Below the pieces are notes generated by a model that saw only the letters and a program-made list of their open reading frames with translations, was not told the origin of the DNA and did not search any database. Position numbers and translations under genes: made by a program. 64,000 bases of DNA from a virus (lineage: Duplodnaviria > Heunggongvirae > Uroviricota > Caudoviricetes): IMG/VR virus record IMGVR_UViG_3300028800_000066, positions 8,207 to 72,206 of that record. The stretch is one strand, 5' to 3'. Positions 56,684 to 64,000 of this stretch are shown here, one piece after another. Every line of letters starts with the position of its first letter. Positions within the stretch are counted from its first letter, which is position 1.

Positions 56684-56845
56684 ATTATATCTACTGATAT
56701 TTCGTAAACCTTCCAAACATCTTTGCCATGTTGCTTATTTAAATCTTCACATTTATTTTTAGCTTCATCTATATCAAAAAACATTTTATCATCGTATGAC
56801 TTTGTTAACTTTGGTTTGTTGGCAACTATCCAAGCCTGAAACACA

Positions 56846-57043
56846 TTAGCCTCTATTGTTTATATAATCTTTAAATGCTTGTATGCCTAAAATGACAATA
56901 ACCAACATTACAGAACCACTAATCGTGAGTAGAAACCAATTCCCAAGACTTAAAAATAACAAAACTTTAGGTAATGATACAATATATAAAATCATTCCAA
57001 GAGCTACAAAAAATCCAATCAATCGAACAATATCATTTTTCAT
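56846..57043 (-). CDS. small membrane protein
   Basis: Two TM helices. Confidence 0.4.
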   Translation of the reverse strand: MKNDIVRLIGFFVALGMILYIVSLPKVLLFLSLGNWFLLTISGSVMLVIVILGIQAFKDYINNRG

Positions 57044-57182
57044 AAATCATCCGAGATGAATTCCGTTTTTTTATCCATAAAATCATGGAAGGGGCAAAAT
57101 TACGTCTAAACCCACTTTTAAGGAATAAGCTGACCAGTCATTTAAAGTTTAAAGCGGAACTGAACGACTAAAATAAACGCTG

Positions 57183-57255
57183 TGGAGCTTCGGGGATTCG
57201 AACCCCGCACATCTACCTTGCAAAGGTAGCACTCTACCAAATGAGTTAAAGCCCC
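57183..57255 (-). tRNA. tRNA-Ala (TGC)
   Basis: Loop TTTGCAA. G3:U70 present. Confidence 0.8.
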
Positions 57256-57256
57256 A

Positions 57257-57760
57257 TTATTTCTTTGAATCGTTTTCTCTTATCTGTTCAATCGTAAAAC
57301 CATTGTTTATATAAACAACAAAATCAATCTTATATGTATCTGAAACTCTATTCAAAATACCTTCAACAACATTCCAATTTCCTCCAGCTAATCCGCATCC
57401 AATCAATGGAAGAGCAAGAGTCTTTAGGCTCTTTGAAAGCATATCAAGACAAACACCTGACAGGCTTTTTTCTAAAGCTCCGTAATCTAAATCCATTCTT
57501 CCAACATTTCTTCCCCTATAATCAAACTGGGAATAAATATTGTATCCAAATTTTCCATCAGGCAATTGCAAGTAAGTATAAGCGCCCAATTTCTGCTGTG
57601 GAGTAAATGGACTTTTACAATCCGCAATTTCATACATCGCAGGCCATTTAGCTCTTACCGCTTTCGCAACACCACTACCCATTGTAGATTGGCAATTACA
57701 CCCGTGACCGAATGCATCTTCTGTGAAAGCAAGTAAATCACCAGTCTTATAAGTAATCAT
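57257..57760 (-). CDS. macro-domain protein (ADP-ribose binding/hydrolase-like)
   Basis: GDLLAFTEDAFGHGCNCQSTMGSGVAKAV and later IGCGLAGG resemble MacroD-type motifs (GD..x..DA..N..x..G.GV.. / G.G..G). Confidence 0.55.
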   Translation of the reverse strand: MITYKTGDLLAFTEDAFGHGCNCQSTMGSGVAKAVRAKWPAMYEIADCKSPFTPQQKLGAYTYLQLPDGKFGYNIYSQFDYRGRNVGRMDLDYGALEKSLSGVCLDMLSKSLKTLALPLIGCGLAGGNWNVVEGILNRVSDTYKIDFVVYINNGFTIEQIRENDSKK

Positions 57761-57966
57761 CTTAATCCGGAAGGGTGTTGTCCGTTTTTATTCTTTGCAT
57801 TCACAAAAGCAGACATCTTACGAAGCATTTGAGCGTGTTCATCCAGTTCTTTGTTGGCTCTAGCAATAAAAGCTTTCTTAACCTTTGGGTCTTGGATTTC
57901 TTTTGCTTGAGCGTCAACCTTTTTCTTTTCTGCTTTTAGGTCAAATGGCGATGCGTATTCTGTCAT
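57757..57966 (-). CDS. hypothetical small protein
   Basis: ORF. Confidence 0.4.
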   Translation of the reverse strand: MTEYASPFDLKAEKKKVDAQAKEIQDPKVKKAFIARANKELDEHAQMLRKMSAFVNAKNKNGQHPSGLR

Positions 57967-58295
57967 GACTTACTCGCAATTACGGCATCCATTAAATCTT
58001 TAAATCTTGCTTCACCCTGGGCTCCAACAATCATTTCAAACTGCTTTCCATCTTTGAAAGCAATCAAAGTAGGAATCGACATAACTTCGTATTTTTCTGC
58101 AAGACCATTGTTGTTATCAATGTTGACTTTAACAATCTTAATCTTGCCTTCGTATTCTTTTTGAAGTTTGTCTAAGATAGGGGCGACCATTCTGCAAGGT
58201 CCGCACCACTCTGCCCAAAAATCAACTAAAACAGGTAATGATGAATCTAAAACCGTTGTCTTAAAATTTTCTTCATTAACATTTACCAAATCCAT
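57963..58295 (-). CDS. trxA: thioredoxin
   Basis: WAEWCGPCR active site. 110 aa. Confidence 0.85.
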   Translation of the reverse strand: MDLVNVNEENFKTTVLDSSLPVLVDFWAEWCGPCRMVAPILDKLQKEYEGKIKIVKVNIDNNNGLAEKYEVMSIPTLIAFKDGKQFEMIVGAQGEARFKDLMDAVIASKS

Positions 58296-58337
58296 TTTAT
58301 ACCATCCTTTGATTGTTCTGGCCCCGCACCCATCGTT

Positions 58338-58604
58338 CTAATCTACACTCTCAAGTGTTTTTGATTTATTCTCTGGCACTTGTGGAGTTTTAGTTTTTCT
58401 ATATTTTTCCTCTATTTCTAAACTTATTCCCTCGTCTCTTAGTGAACAATTTTCTGGAGGACGAGTATATGCCTCATTCGGTAATCTTATTTCGTCCGAT
58501 TTACCAAGATATTTCTGTAATGAACAGAAGAAATAATCTTGGGGTATTTGTCTTTTCTTGAACGGACACTCGTTACAATACCTGATTGTCTCAAGTGCTA
58601 TCAT
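58338..58604 (-). CDS. hypothetical Cys-containing small protein
   Basis: ORF. Confidence 0.4.
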   Translation of the reverse strand: MIALETIRYCNECPFKKRQIPQDYFFCSLQKYLGKSDEIRLPNEAYTRPPENCSLRDEGISLEIEEKYRKTKTPQVPENKSKTLESVD

Positions 58605-58629
58605 GCTTTATCCATTATATCAAATTGAA

Positions 58630-58884
58630 TTAATTTTCTGAAATCTTTTTATATCGCATACGGACTGGAACATCAATTCCTAGTCCATATATCTTGATGG
58701 AACGGTGAGCAACTTCGATAAATTTGTTAACATCGTCAGGTTTGATGAATTCCAAATGGACATTGTAATGACCATCAACCTTTTTACGACTGTAGATAAT
58801 CTTGGAGTAGGGGAATTCTTGGCTTAAGATTTCCCCAATTTTTTTCATACTCTCCTTGACATTATTATCGATATTGCTCACCAT
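58630..58884 (-). CDS. hypothetical protein
   Basis: Start moved to MVSNID. The track ORF ran through the tRNA-Asp gene. Confidence 0.4.
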   Translation of the reverse strand: MVSNIDNNVKESMKKIGEILSQEFPYSKIIYSRKKVDGHYNVHLEFIKPDDVNKFIEVAHRSIKIYGLGIDVPVRMRYKKISEN

Positions 58885-58905
58885 GACTAGTTCCACTTTC
58901 TTCCT

Positions 58906-58979
58906 CGTATTTTTATTTGCTACTGCGGAATTGATGGGATTTGAACCCACGGTCTCCTCAGTGACAGTGAGGCGCATTA
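58906..58979 (-). tRNA. tRNA-Asp (GTC)
   Basis: Loop CTGTCAC. G73. Confidence 0.8.
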
Positions 58980-58996
58980 GGCCGCTATGCTACAAC

Positions 58997-59068
58997 TCCA
59001 TGCCTTCTTTCTTTCGCCCCTCCAGCGAGACTCGAACTCGCTCTTACGCATAGACAGTGCGGTTTGCT
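58997..59068 (-). tRNA. tRNA-Asp-like (GTC), second, less canonical copy
   Basis: Loop CTGTCTA (pyrimidine at position 37). G-U pairs in the acceptor. G73. Confidence 0.5.
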
Positions 59069-59105
59069 AACCCTTACAACATGGAGAGATATTTTAATTA
59101 TTTCG

Positions 59106-59176
59106 TGGCCCCAAGGGGAATCGGACCCCTGCCCTTACATTGAGAATGTATTGTCCTGCCACTAGACTATGGGGCC
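59106..59176 (-). tRNA. tRNA-Glu (CTC), alternative anticodon reading possible
   Basis: With a 4-bp AC stem plus A-A, the 7-nt loop is TTCTCAA (CTC). A 6-bp stem/5-nt loop alternative exists. T-loop is TCCGATT. Confidence 0.55.
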
Positions 59177-59739
59177 ATTCTTGCTAAACGTTTTTTTAGT
59201 AACTCTCGACTTCTAGTAATTCGACTTCTGGCAGTAGTTTCTGAAACTCCCAAAATTTCCGCCGCATCCCGATAAGACCTGAAACCATCTTCTTCCATGA
59301 AAGCGTAAAAACATTTTCTATGTTTAGATGGAAGATTTTCAATTTCAGTCTTAACAAGCACCAACATATCTTGACTACTCAAACGTTTATCTATATCAAA
59401 TTTTCTGTCGTGAAGAAATTCTTGTGCGGTAAATCCGCTTTCTGCTCTGTCTTCATAAACCGCACCGCCATCAAGAGAAATTGTAAATCCTTTTCTCTTG
59501 AAAGATTGTTCTGCTCTAAAAAAGTTTGAGCAAGCGTTCTTGGTGATTGAATAAAGCCAAGTTTCCAGCTTGCTATCGTTTCTAAAAGTGTCTAGGCTTT
59601 TGTAGAAATTTAAAAATATATCATGAGCTAATTCTTCGGATTGCTCACGACTTGTATATCTTCTACAGTAACCCTTCACAAACTTTAATTTTCTCTTATA
59701 CATGTCGTTAAAGAGTTCTTCTTTTTCCATTTGTTCCAT
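59167..59739 (-). CDS. ECF-type (sigma-70 family) sigma factor
   Basis: Region 2 AHDIFLNFYKSLDTF...ETWLYSITKN. Region 4 YRDAAEILGVSETTARSRITRSRELLKKRL. Confidence 0.65.
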   Translation of the reverse strand: MEQMEKEELFNDMYKRKLKFVKGYCRRYTSREQSEELAHDIFLNFYKSLDTFRNDSKLETWLYSITKNACSNFFRAEQSFKRKGFTISLDGGAVYEDRAESGFTAQEFLHDRKFDIDKRLSSQDMLVLVKTEIENLPSKHRKCFYAFMEEDGFRSYRDAAEILGVSETTARSRITRSRELLKKRLARMAP

Positions 59740-59740
59740 G

Positions 59741-60253
59741 TCAACTCTTTTTACGATTTATGTTATTCCTAATATATTTAAGTGCTCTGGAAGATTTCTG
59801 TCTCACATTATCGTTAGAACACTTTAAGATTTTAGAAATCTCAACCAAAGTCTTATCTTCTACAAATCTCAAGGTCATTATCTTGATGCTTTCTTTGTCA
59901 AGATTTTTAATTATCGCAAAAATCTTATCTGTCTGTTTTTTTATTTCCAATTCTTCTTCCGAAGCCACTCTGTTTTTGAAATAGAATTCTGGCTCTTCAA
60001 TGAGAACCGTTGTCTGATTATATTTAGAACGAAGAAAGTCCAGACAGTGATTCCTTGCTATCGAGCAAATCCAGGTCTTAATCGAACTTTCTTCCGCTCT
60101 AAACCTAGAGATATTGATAAAAGCCTTTATAAAAACTTCCTGCGTTAAATCTTCCAAATCTCTTGAACGTGGTCCAACAAATCTGGCGCAGAAAGATTTT
60201 ACTAACCGATAATTCTGAGTGTATACTATTTCAAATTTCTCTTGCGTATACAA
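59741..60253 (-). CDS. ECF-type sigma factor (second, adjacent)
   Basis: LTQEVFIKAFINISRF...KTWICSIARN. KTLVEISKILKCSNDNVRQKSSRALKYIR. Confidence 0.65.
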   Translation of the reverse strand: MYTQEKFEIVYTQNYRLVKSFCARFVGPRSRDLEDLTQEVFIKAFINISRFRAEESSIKTWICSIARNHCLDFLRSKYNQTTVLIEEPEFYFKNRVASEEELEIKKQTDKIFAIIKNLDKESIKIMTLRFVEDKTLVEISKILKCSNDNVRQKSSRALKYIRNNINRKKS

Positions 60254-60272
60254 ATAAAACCTATGGTTAAGT

Positions 60273-60347
60273 TGGAGGCCCTGGAGGGAATCGAACCCTC
60301 TTTCCCTGATTGAAAGCCAGATGAACTAGCCAATGTTCGACAGGGCC
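60273..60347 (-). tRNA. tRNA-Glu (TTC), CCA encoded
   Basis: Loop CTTTCAA. Confidence 0.75.
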
Positions 60348-60729
60348 AAAGTATTCAGCCAGTTCCTCGGATGCGCTAACATCGTCACCGTCCCTGGCCG
60401 TGCTGATTTAGTTAATTAGCGTCAGTTGATGCGATAACCAGCAATAAAACGCATCTTCCCTAGCCGCTTCTGCCTACTTCCACACAAAAACCAACGTAGA
60501 GGCGGCACCGTCAGTCTTTTAGCATTGTGTGAAAAAGCTCTCCATAATCAATTACATGGTGATTCTTGGTGGTGCAAGAATCTTTTTAGAATGCTGGACT
60601 TATTACTAGAGGTCCACAATCTAGTTCCGGTCAAGCCTCGCACTTGACTTCTCTCTGGCTCTGCCAGCCGCTTTGATTTAATAAGCTACGGATTCACTCT
60701 ATTATCTTACCACAGACCACGTAATCTTG
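60348..60729 (-). other. GC-rich about 380-nt non-coding structured region (candidate large ncRNA, 3' part)
   Basis: No ORF. GC visibly higher than flanking genes. Many local hairpins (GAUUCUUG-CACCACC-AAGAAUC, CUAG-AUUGUGGACCU-CUAG, UGCGCUAA...UUAGCGUCA). Confidence 0.4.
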
Positions 60730-60802
60730 TAGTGCCTAGGGGAATCGAACCCCTGTATGCGCCTTGAAAGGGCGCTGTCCTGGACCGCTAGACGAAGGCA
60801 CC
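60730..60802 (-). tRNA. tRNA-Glu (TTC), enterobacterial-like sequence
   Basis: Loop CTTTCAA. About 85 percent identical by eye to the E. coli tRNA-Glu body as recalled from memory (cttcgtctag.ggcccaggaca.cgccctttca.ggcg.taacaggggttcgaatcccctagg); recall-based, not checked against a database. Confidence 0.7.
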
Positions 60803-61072
60803 ATGCATCCTTATCTTAGTCTTAGGATGTTTATTTCATTGGCGCACCAGACGTTTTATTAGTCGCTTATTAAATAGACTTTCGTCTATACGGTTCACGA
60901 GGCCGCTTTTCGTCAACTAATAAAATCTTAAGACCAAATATATATTCAATGCATCACTTCATGGGGGCGTTTCATGTCCCCTACCTACACACTGGACTTT
61001 GCCAGTTTTCAGTCCTTTCGGGTACGTTCCATCCGTACTGCTCTTCTATGATGATTGAATAGCTCTTACAAT
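60803..61072 (-). other. about 270-nt non-coding structured region between cspA and tRNA-Glu (candidate ncRNA 5' part or cspA 3' UTR)
   Basis: No ORF. Hairpins GUACG-GAUGGAA-CGUAC and GGACU-(13 nt)-AGUCC. No canonical terminator. Confidence 0.35.
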
Positions 61073-61354
61073 TTACTTAACGTTTGCGGCTTGGTCGCCC
61101 TTCTGACCCGCGACAATCTCAAACGTAACTTCCTGACCCTCTTTCAAGGTCTTAAAACCACTCGCCTGGATGGCAGAGAAGTGAACGAATACATCAGCCC
61201 TACCCTCACACTCGATAAAGCCGAAACCCTTCTTATCGTTGAACCACTTCACCTTGCCATTGTGTACATTAGCCATTACACTTACTCCTTCTTTTCTAGT
61301 AAAAATCTTTTTAGCGAAATGCCAAAAAGAAGTTGTTGCAGATTTTTCCTTCAC
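61073..61354 (-). CDS. cspA: cold-shock protein CspA family
   Basis: [30 protein letters not shown] (RNP1/RNP2 motifs). Confidence 0.9.
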   Translation of the reverse strand: MKEKSATTSFWHFAKKIFTRKEGVSVMANVHNGKVKWFNDKKGFGFIECEGRADVFVHFSAIQASGFKTLKEGQEVTFEIVAGQKGDQAANVK

Positions 61355-61376
61355 TTAATACCGCCTTTATTCCTTG

Positions 61377-61451
61377 TGTCCTCGGTGGGAGTCGAACCCA
61401 CAACCCTCCGATTAAGAGTCGGATGCTCTAAACCAGTTGAGCTACGAAGAC
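61377..61451 (-). tRNA. tRNA-Lys (CTT)
   Basis: Loop CTCTTAA. Confidence 0.75.
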
Positions 61452-61554
61452 ATAAAACTTTAATGGTAATGGTCGATTCTGGTAGGCCCATTACATCTAC
61501 CTTCCCCGACCTCCAAATGGTCGGCGTCCTAAGGGATTTTAGACGAAAAATCGG

Positions 61555-61630
61555 TGGGAATGGTGGGATTCGAACCCGACACCGAACTGGTTAAGAGCCA
61601 GCCATGCTATACCGTTAACACTACATTCCC
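61555..61630 (-). tRNA. tRNA-Lys-like (CTT), irregular D and T stems (possible pseudogene)
   Basis: Acceptor gggaatg/cattccc perfect. AC arm gctgg-CTCTTAA-ccagt. T-stem has only 3 clean pairs. Confidence 0.4.
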
Positions 61631-61635
61631 ATATC

Positions 61636-61941
61636 TTAAATGTAACTCCATCCTGCTGGAAGTTTAGTTGCTCTAATCATATCTAGATTACTAAACTCAA
61701 GAACACCAATTGGATTCGGTAACAACTCTTGAATTCTGTGATTCTCAAAACTGTAATGGTCCCAACTTATTGTCACCGAACTTTCTTGGACCGACAAAAT
61801 AATTCCAAGACATCCATTCGGAACATTTACAGTTCTTGTTTCTATATTTCTTCCAGACAAAGTTGCCGTTATTCCTTCTCTATCAGCCCACACAGCCGCA
61901 TGTGTTCTTTGTGATAAAATGTCAAACTCTTGTCTGGTCAT
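61636..61941 (-). CDS. hypothetical protein
   Basis: ORF. Confidence 0.45.
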   Translation of the reverse strand: MTRQEFDILSQRTHAAVWADREGITATLSGRNIETRTVNVPNGCLGIILSVQESSVTISWDHYSFENHRIQELLPNPIGVLEFSNLDMIRATKLPAGWSYI

Positions 61942-61961
61942 TTAATTTCAACACTTTCTTG

Positions 61962-62033
61962 TGCCCTCGGAGGGATTCGAACCCCCAACTCTGTGATTAA
62001 AAGTCACTTACGCTACCATTGCGTCACGAAGGC
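61962..62033 (-). tRNA. tRNA-Lys (TTT)
   Basis: Loop CTTTTAA. Confidence 0.75.
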
Positions 62034-62047
62034 GTTTTGTTTCTTCG

Positions 62048-62119
62048 TGGTCCCGTAGGGTATCGAACCCTCTTCTACGGCTTAAAAGGCCGTGGCTCAT
62101 CCACTAAAGCTTCGGGACC
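62048..62119 (-). tRNA. tRNA-Lys (TTT), second copy
   Basis: Loop CTTTTAA. Different body. A8 instead of U8. Confidence 0.65.
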
Positions 62120-62219
62120 ATGTGAGTCCGTCAGCTTAAAATGAATTAAGCCGCAGACTCCAATCGTTTAAGAGGTTTTCGAAACATGTTCATGTCAATC
62201 TCCAATTGATTACTTAGGT

Positions 62220-62248
62220 ATTATACCACATCCCAAGATGTTTGTCAA
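62220..62248 (-). promoter_or_regulatory. consensus sigma70 promoter P4 (TTGACA-17-TATAAT) for Lys tRNA array
   Basis: rc: gcTTGACAaacatcttgggatgtggTATAATacc. Confidence 0.7.
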
Positions 62249-62258
62249 GCACTTTTTG

Positions 62259-62344
62259 CGGAAGATAGAGGAATCGAACCCCTGCGCCAAGTTAATGTGC
62301 GACTGTTTTCGAAACAGCTCAGCCTGCCAACAGCAAAATCTTCC
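62259..62344 (-). tRNA. type-II tRNA, probable Ser (CGA), irregular D region
   Basis: Acceptor ggaagat/atcttcc. AC gctgt-TTCGAAA-acagt. Long variable arm. T-arm agggg-ttcgatt-cctct. Confidence 0.5.
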
Positions 62345-62354
62345 ATTTGTCCAA

Positions 62355-62990
62355 TTACGCTTTTTCCTCGAACTTTGTGTAAATATCCTGTAATTCCCTA
62401 GACATTTGTGTATAATGTTTACCGATTAAACCTTTCTTTCTTAACCATTTCAAATCGTTTGAAAGATAGGCATTCATTTCATCAATCAATTGTTTCTTGG
62501 AATAACCCTTCTTTATCAAGAAGGCGCTTAATTCTTTAACGTCTTTATCTTTAAAATAATTCTTAATTACTTTTCTATATTCAGGAACCATTGAAAAAGA
62601 AGCGTGTGTTACTTCATGATTGATTGTTTCTTTTTCAGTTCTATCTCTCATGAATGTTCCGATAATGTAAAATTCTCCCTTTACATTACGAAACAAATCC
62701 AAGAACTGTTGTTCTTTATTGCTAAGAGGATTGAACTTTCCTTCATAGAATGGTTTTAAATCTTTTGAAGGAACATTATATCCAGTCCAATCTTCATAGT
62801 ACGTGAATCTCTTTTTGTTTTGAGTCTTCATATACCATTTCTTAAATTGCGCTAACGTAAAAACTTTACCTGAAAATTCTGGTGATTCAAAATATTCTTC
62901 GAACCTCAACAAAGTGGAAGTCAAATCGTATCTTGTCTCAAATCTGACATGATACACGTAAGAGTTGATTTTGGTGAGTTCAATTTTCAT
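62355..62990 (-). CDS. hypothetical protein (partner of small RNA-ligase-like gene)
   Basis: ORF translationally coupled to the upstream ligase-like gene. Confidence 0.5.
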   Translation of the reverse strand: MKIELTKINSYVYHVRFETRYDLTSTLLRFEEYFESPEFSGKVFTLAQFKKWYMKTQNKKRFTYYEDWTGYNVPSKDLKPFYEGKFNPLSNKEQQFLDLFRNVKGEFYIIGTFMRDRTEKETINHEVTHASFSMVPEYRKVIKNYFKDKDVKELSAFLIKKGYSKKQLIDEMNAYLSNDLKWLRKKGLIGKHYTQMSRELQDIYTKFEEKA

Positions 62991-63610
62991 GCTAATTGTT
63001 CGAAGAGTTTCTCGTCACCTTTGCATAGCGTTTTTAATTTCTGCATCCAAGCTTCACTCTTTATCTTGAACATTATGGTTTGGCGGTGTTTATCTAACTC
63101 GTTGGACTTGCAAACTACACCTTCAAAAGTTACGCCGATAGCAGTTCCATCCTTTACAGATGAAATAAATTCATGATTCAAGTTTCCTTGATAAATAAAA
63201 TTAGAGATATCAAGATGTCCAGCAATCCTTAAAAACTCTCTCGGACCAATCACGCCCTTTTTGAAAACATCAATATCAAAAAGTTTTACATCGTGTGTCT
63301 CGTTCTTTTCGTGTCTACCAGCGAAAGAACTAGGTCCATAATATTCAAAGAACGCAGTTGCTCTTTCAAATCTTTCTCTTCTAAATATGTCACTAAGTTG
63401 TTGCTCATACTTGGCTTTAATCAATTGGATTGATTCACCAAGTAATTCATCCGTATGGTCTATAAGATGATGTCTGCTTCCGAACTTAGAAAGACCATTC
63501 TTCCTATCCCACTCCGCTCTTATATTGGAACCATCTAATTTATCAAAAGCGTAGATATAAATATTTTGTGTCTGCTTTGATATTGTAGGATATTGTTTCA
63601 TGACCTTCAC
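62987..63610 (-). CDS. small nucleotidyltransferase, RNA/DNA ligase-like (KxDG family)
   Basis: Motif I FDKLDGSN. Motif IV FEGVVCK. Motif V MFKIKSE. Second ligase-like gene in the window. Confidence 0.5.
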   Translation of the reverse strand: MKVMKQYPTISKQTQNIYIYAFDKLDGSNIRAEWDRKNGLSKFGSRHHLIDHTDELLGESIQLIKAKYEQQLSDIFRRERFERATAFFEYYGPSSFAGRHEKNETHDVKLFDIDVFKKGVIGPREFLRIAGHLDISNFIYQGNLNHEFISSVKDGTAIGVTFEGVVCKSNELDKHRQTIMFKIKSEAWMQKLKTLCKGDEKLFEQLA

Positions 63611-63876
63611 TAAGTTTTTGACTGAATCTTTTTTATCAATCCATCAATTGCATCATCCAAATCTTCTGACTCACAACTTATTCCAGAAATTTTATCTGTT
63701 ACTCTATAACCATCTGACCAAGTTTCATAATTATGGTATGGTCTTGTGTTAAATAATTCAAATCCATTCAACAATTCAATTGTGACTCTTACACTTGGCG
63801 TGTCCATCCCGACAGGAAAAGCACGTCTTAATTTCTGGTCTAAAACATTTAAAGAATCAAATGACTTATTAGACAT
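63610..63876 (-). CDS. hypothetical small protein
   Basis: ORF. Confidence 0.4.
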   Translation of the reverse strand: MSNKSFDSLNVLDQKLRRAFPVGMDTPSVRVTIELLNGFELFNTRPYHNYETWSDGYRVTDKISGISCESEDLDDAIDGLIKKIQSKT

Positions 63877-63897
63877 TTTATTCCTAGAGTTATGATG

Positions 63898-63985
63898 CGG
63901 AGGGTGAGAGACTCGAACTCTCGAAGCCCTTTAACAGGCTTTCCGACTTTCCAGGTCGGTGCAGTAGCCACTGTGCCAACCCTCC
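63898..63985 (-). tRNA. tRNA-Ser (GGA), type II
   Basis: Loop CTGGAAA. Variable arm aaagcctgttaaagggcttc. Confidence 0.75.
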
Positions 63986-64000
63986 ATGACCAGATTACTC

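Noticed and set aside
59106-59176. Opal-suppressor or Sec tRNA (anticodon TCA)
   Set aside because: TCA appears only if a 5-nt anticodon loop is allowed. With the canonical 7-nt loop the anticodon is CTC (Glu), and the tRNA lacks the 8-bp acceptor and long arm of tRNA-Sec.
60348-60729. Fragment of host 23S rRNA 5' end downstream of tRNA-Glu (as in rrnB)
   Set aside because: Only a weak GGCAG...GAAG resemblance to the recalled 23S 5' sequence. No extended identity. The segment does not read as rRNA.

Overview
The window reads as one contiguous stretch of a low-GC (about 36-38 percent by eye), tRNA-rich, large dsDNA phage or prophage genome. Essentially every credible gene and RNA is on the minus strand; the plus-strand ORFs in the track look like antisense artefacts. 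From high to low coordinates there are three blocks. (1) 64000-31000 is an RNA island: about 43 tRNA or tRNA-like genes, one tmRNA, several large non-coding GC-rich or structured regions, and genes that fit tRNA and RNA repair and counter-defence (two KxDG RNA-ligase-like genes, one of them fused to an HNH nuclease; a DxDGT HAD phosphatase; a CoaE-like P-loop kinase; a Pol-beta nucleotidyltransferase; a macro domain; a Ro60-like vWA protein; thioredoxin; CspA; two ECF sigma factors). (2) 30300-25300 holds sigma factors, a TOPRIM primase and HNH endonucleases. (3) 25200-1 is a morphogenesis block: large terminase, putative portal, scaffold-like acidic proteins, putative HK97-like major capsid protein and a canonical terminator after it. 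Transcription signals include at least six perfect or near-perfect TTGACA-17-T(G)nTATAAT promoters on the minus strand sharing a TGTGATATAAT core, three of them driving tRNA sub-arrays, while the phage also carries four or five sigma-factor-like genes. The most unusual points are: cloverleaf tRNAs whose body type and anticodon disagree (short-variable-arm tRNAs with Leu anticodons CAG and CAA; long-variable-arm bodies with TGT, TAT and AAG anticodons); a roughly 520-nt structured non-coding element inside a tRNA operon; a GC-rich about 725-nt non-coding segment around a proteobacterial-like tRNA-Glu; and a GC-rich SPFH moron. All calls come from reading the sequence by eye, with no database search run.
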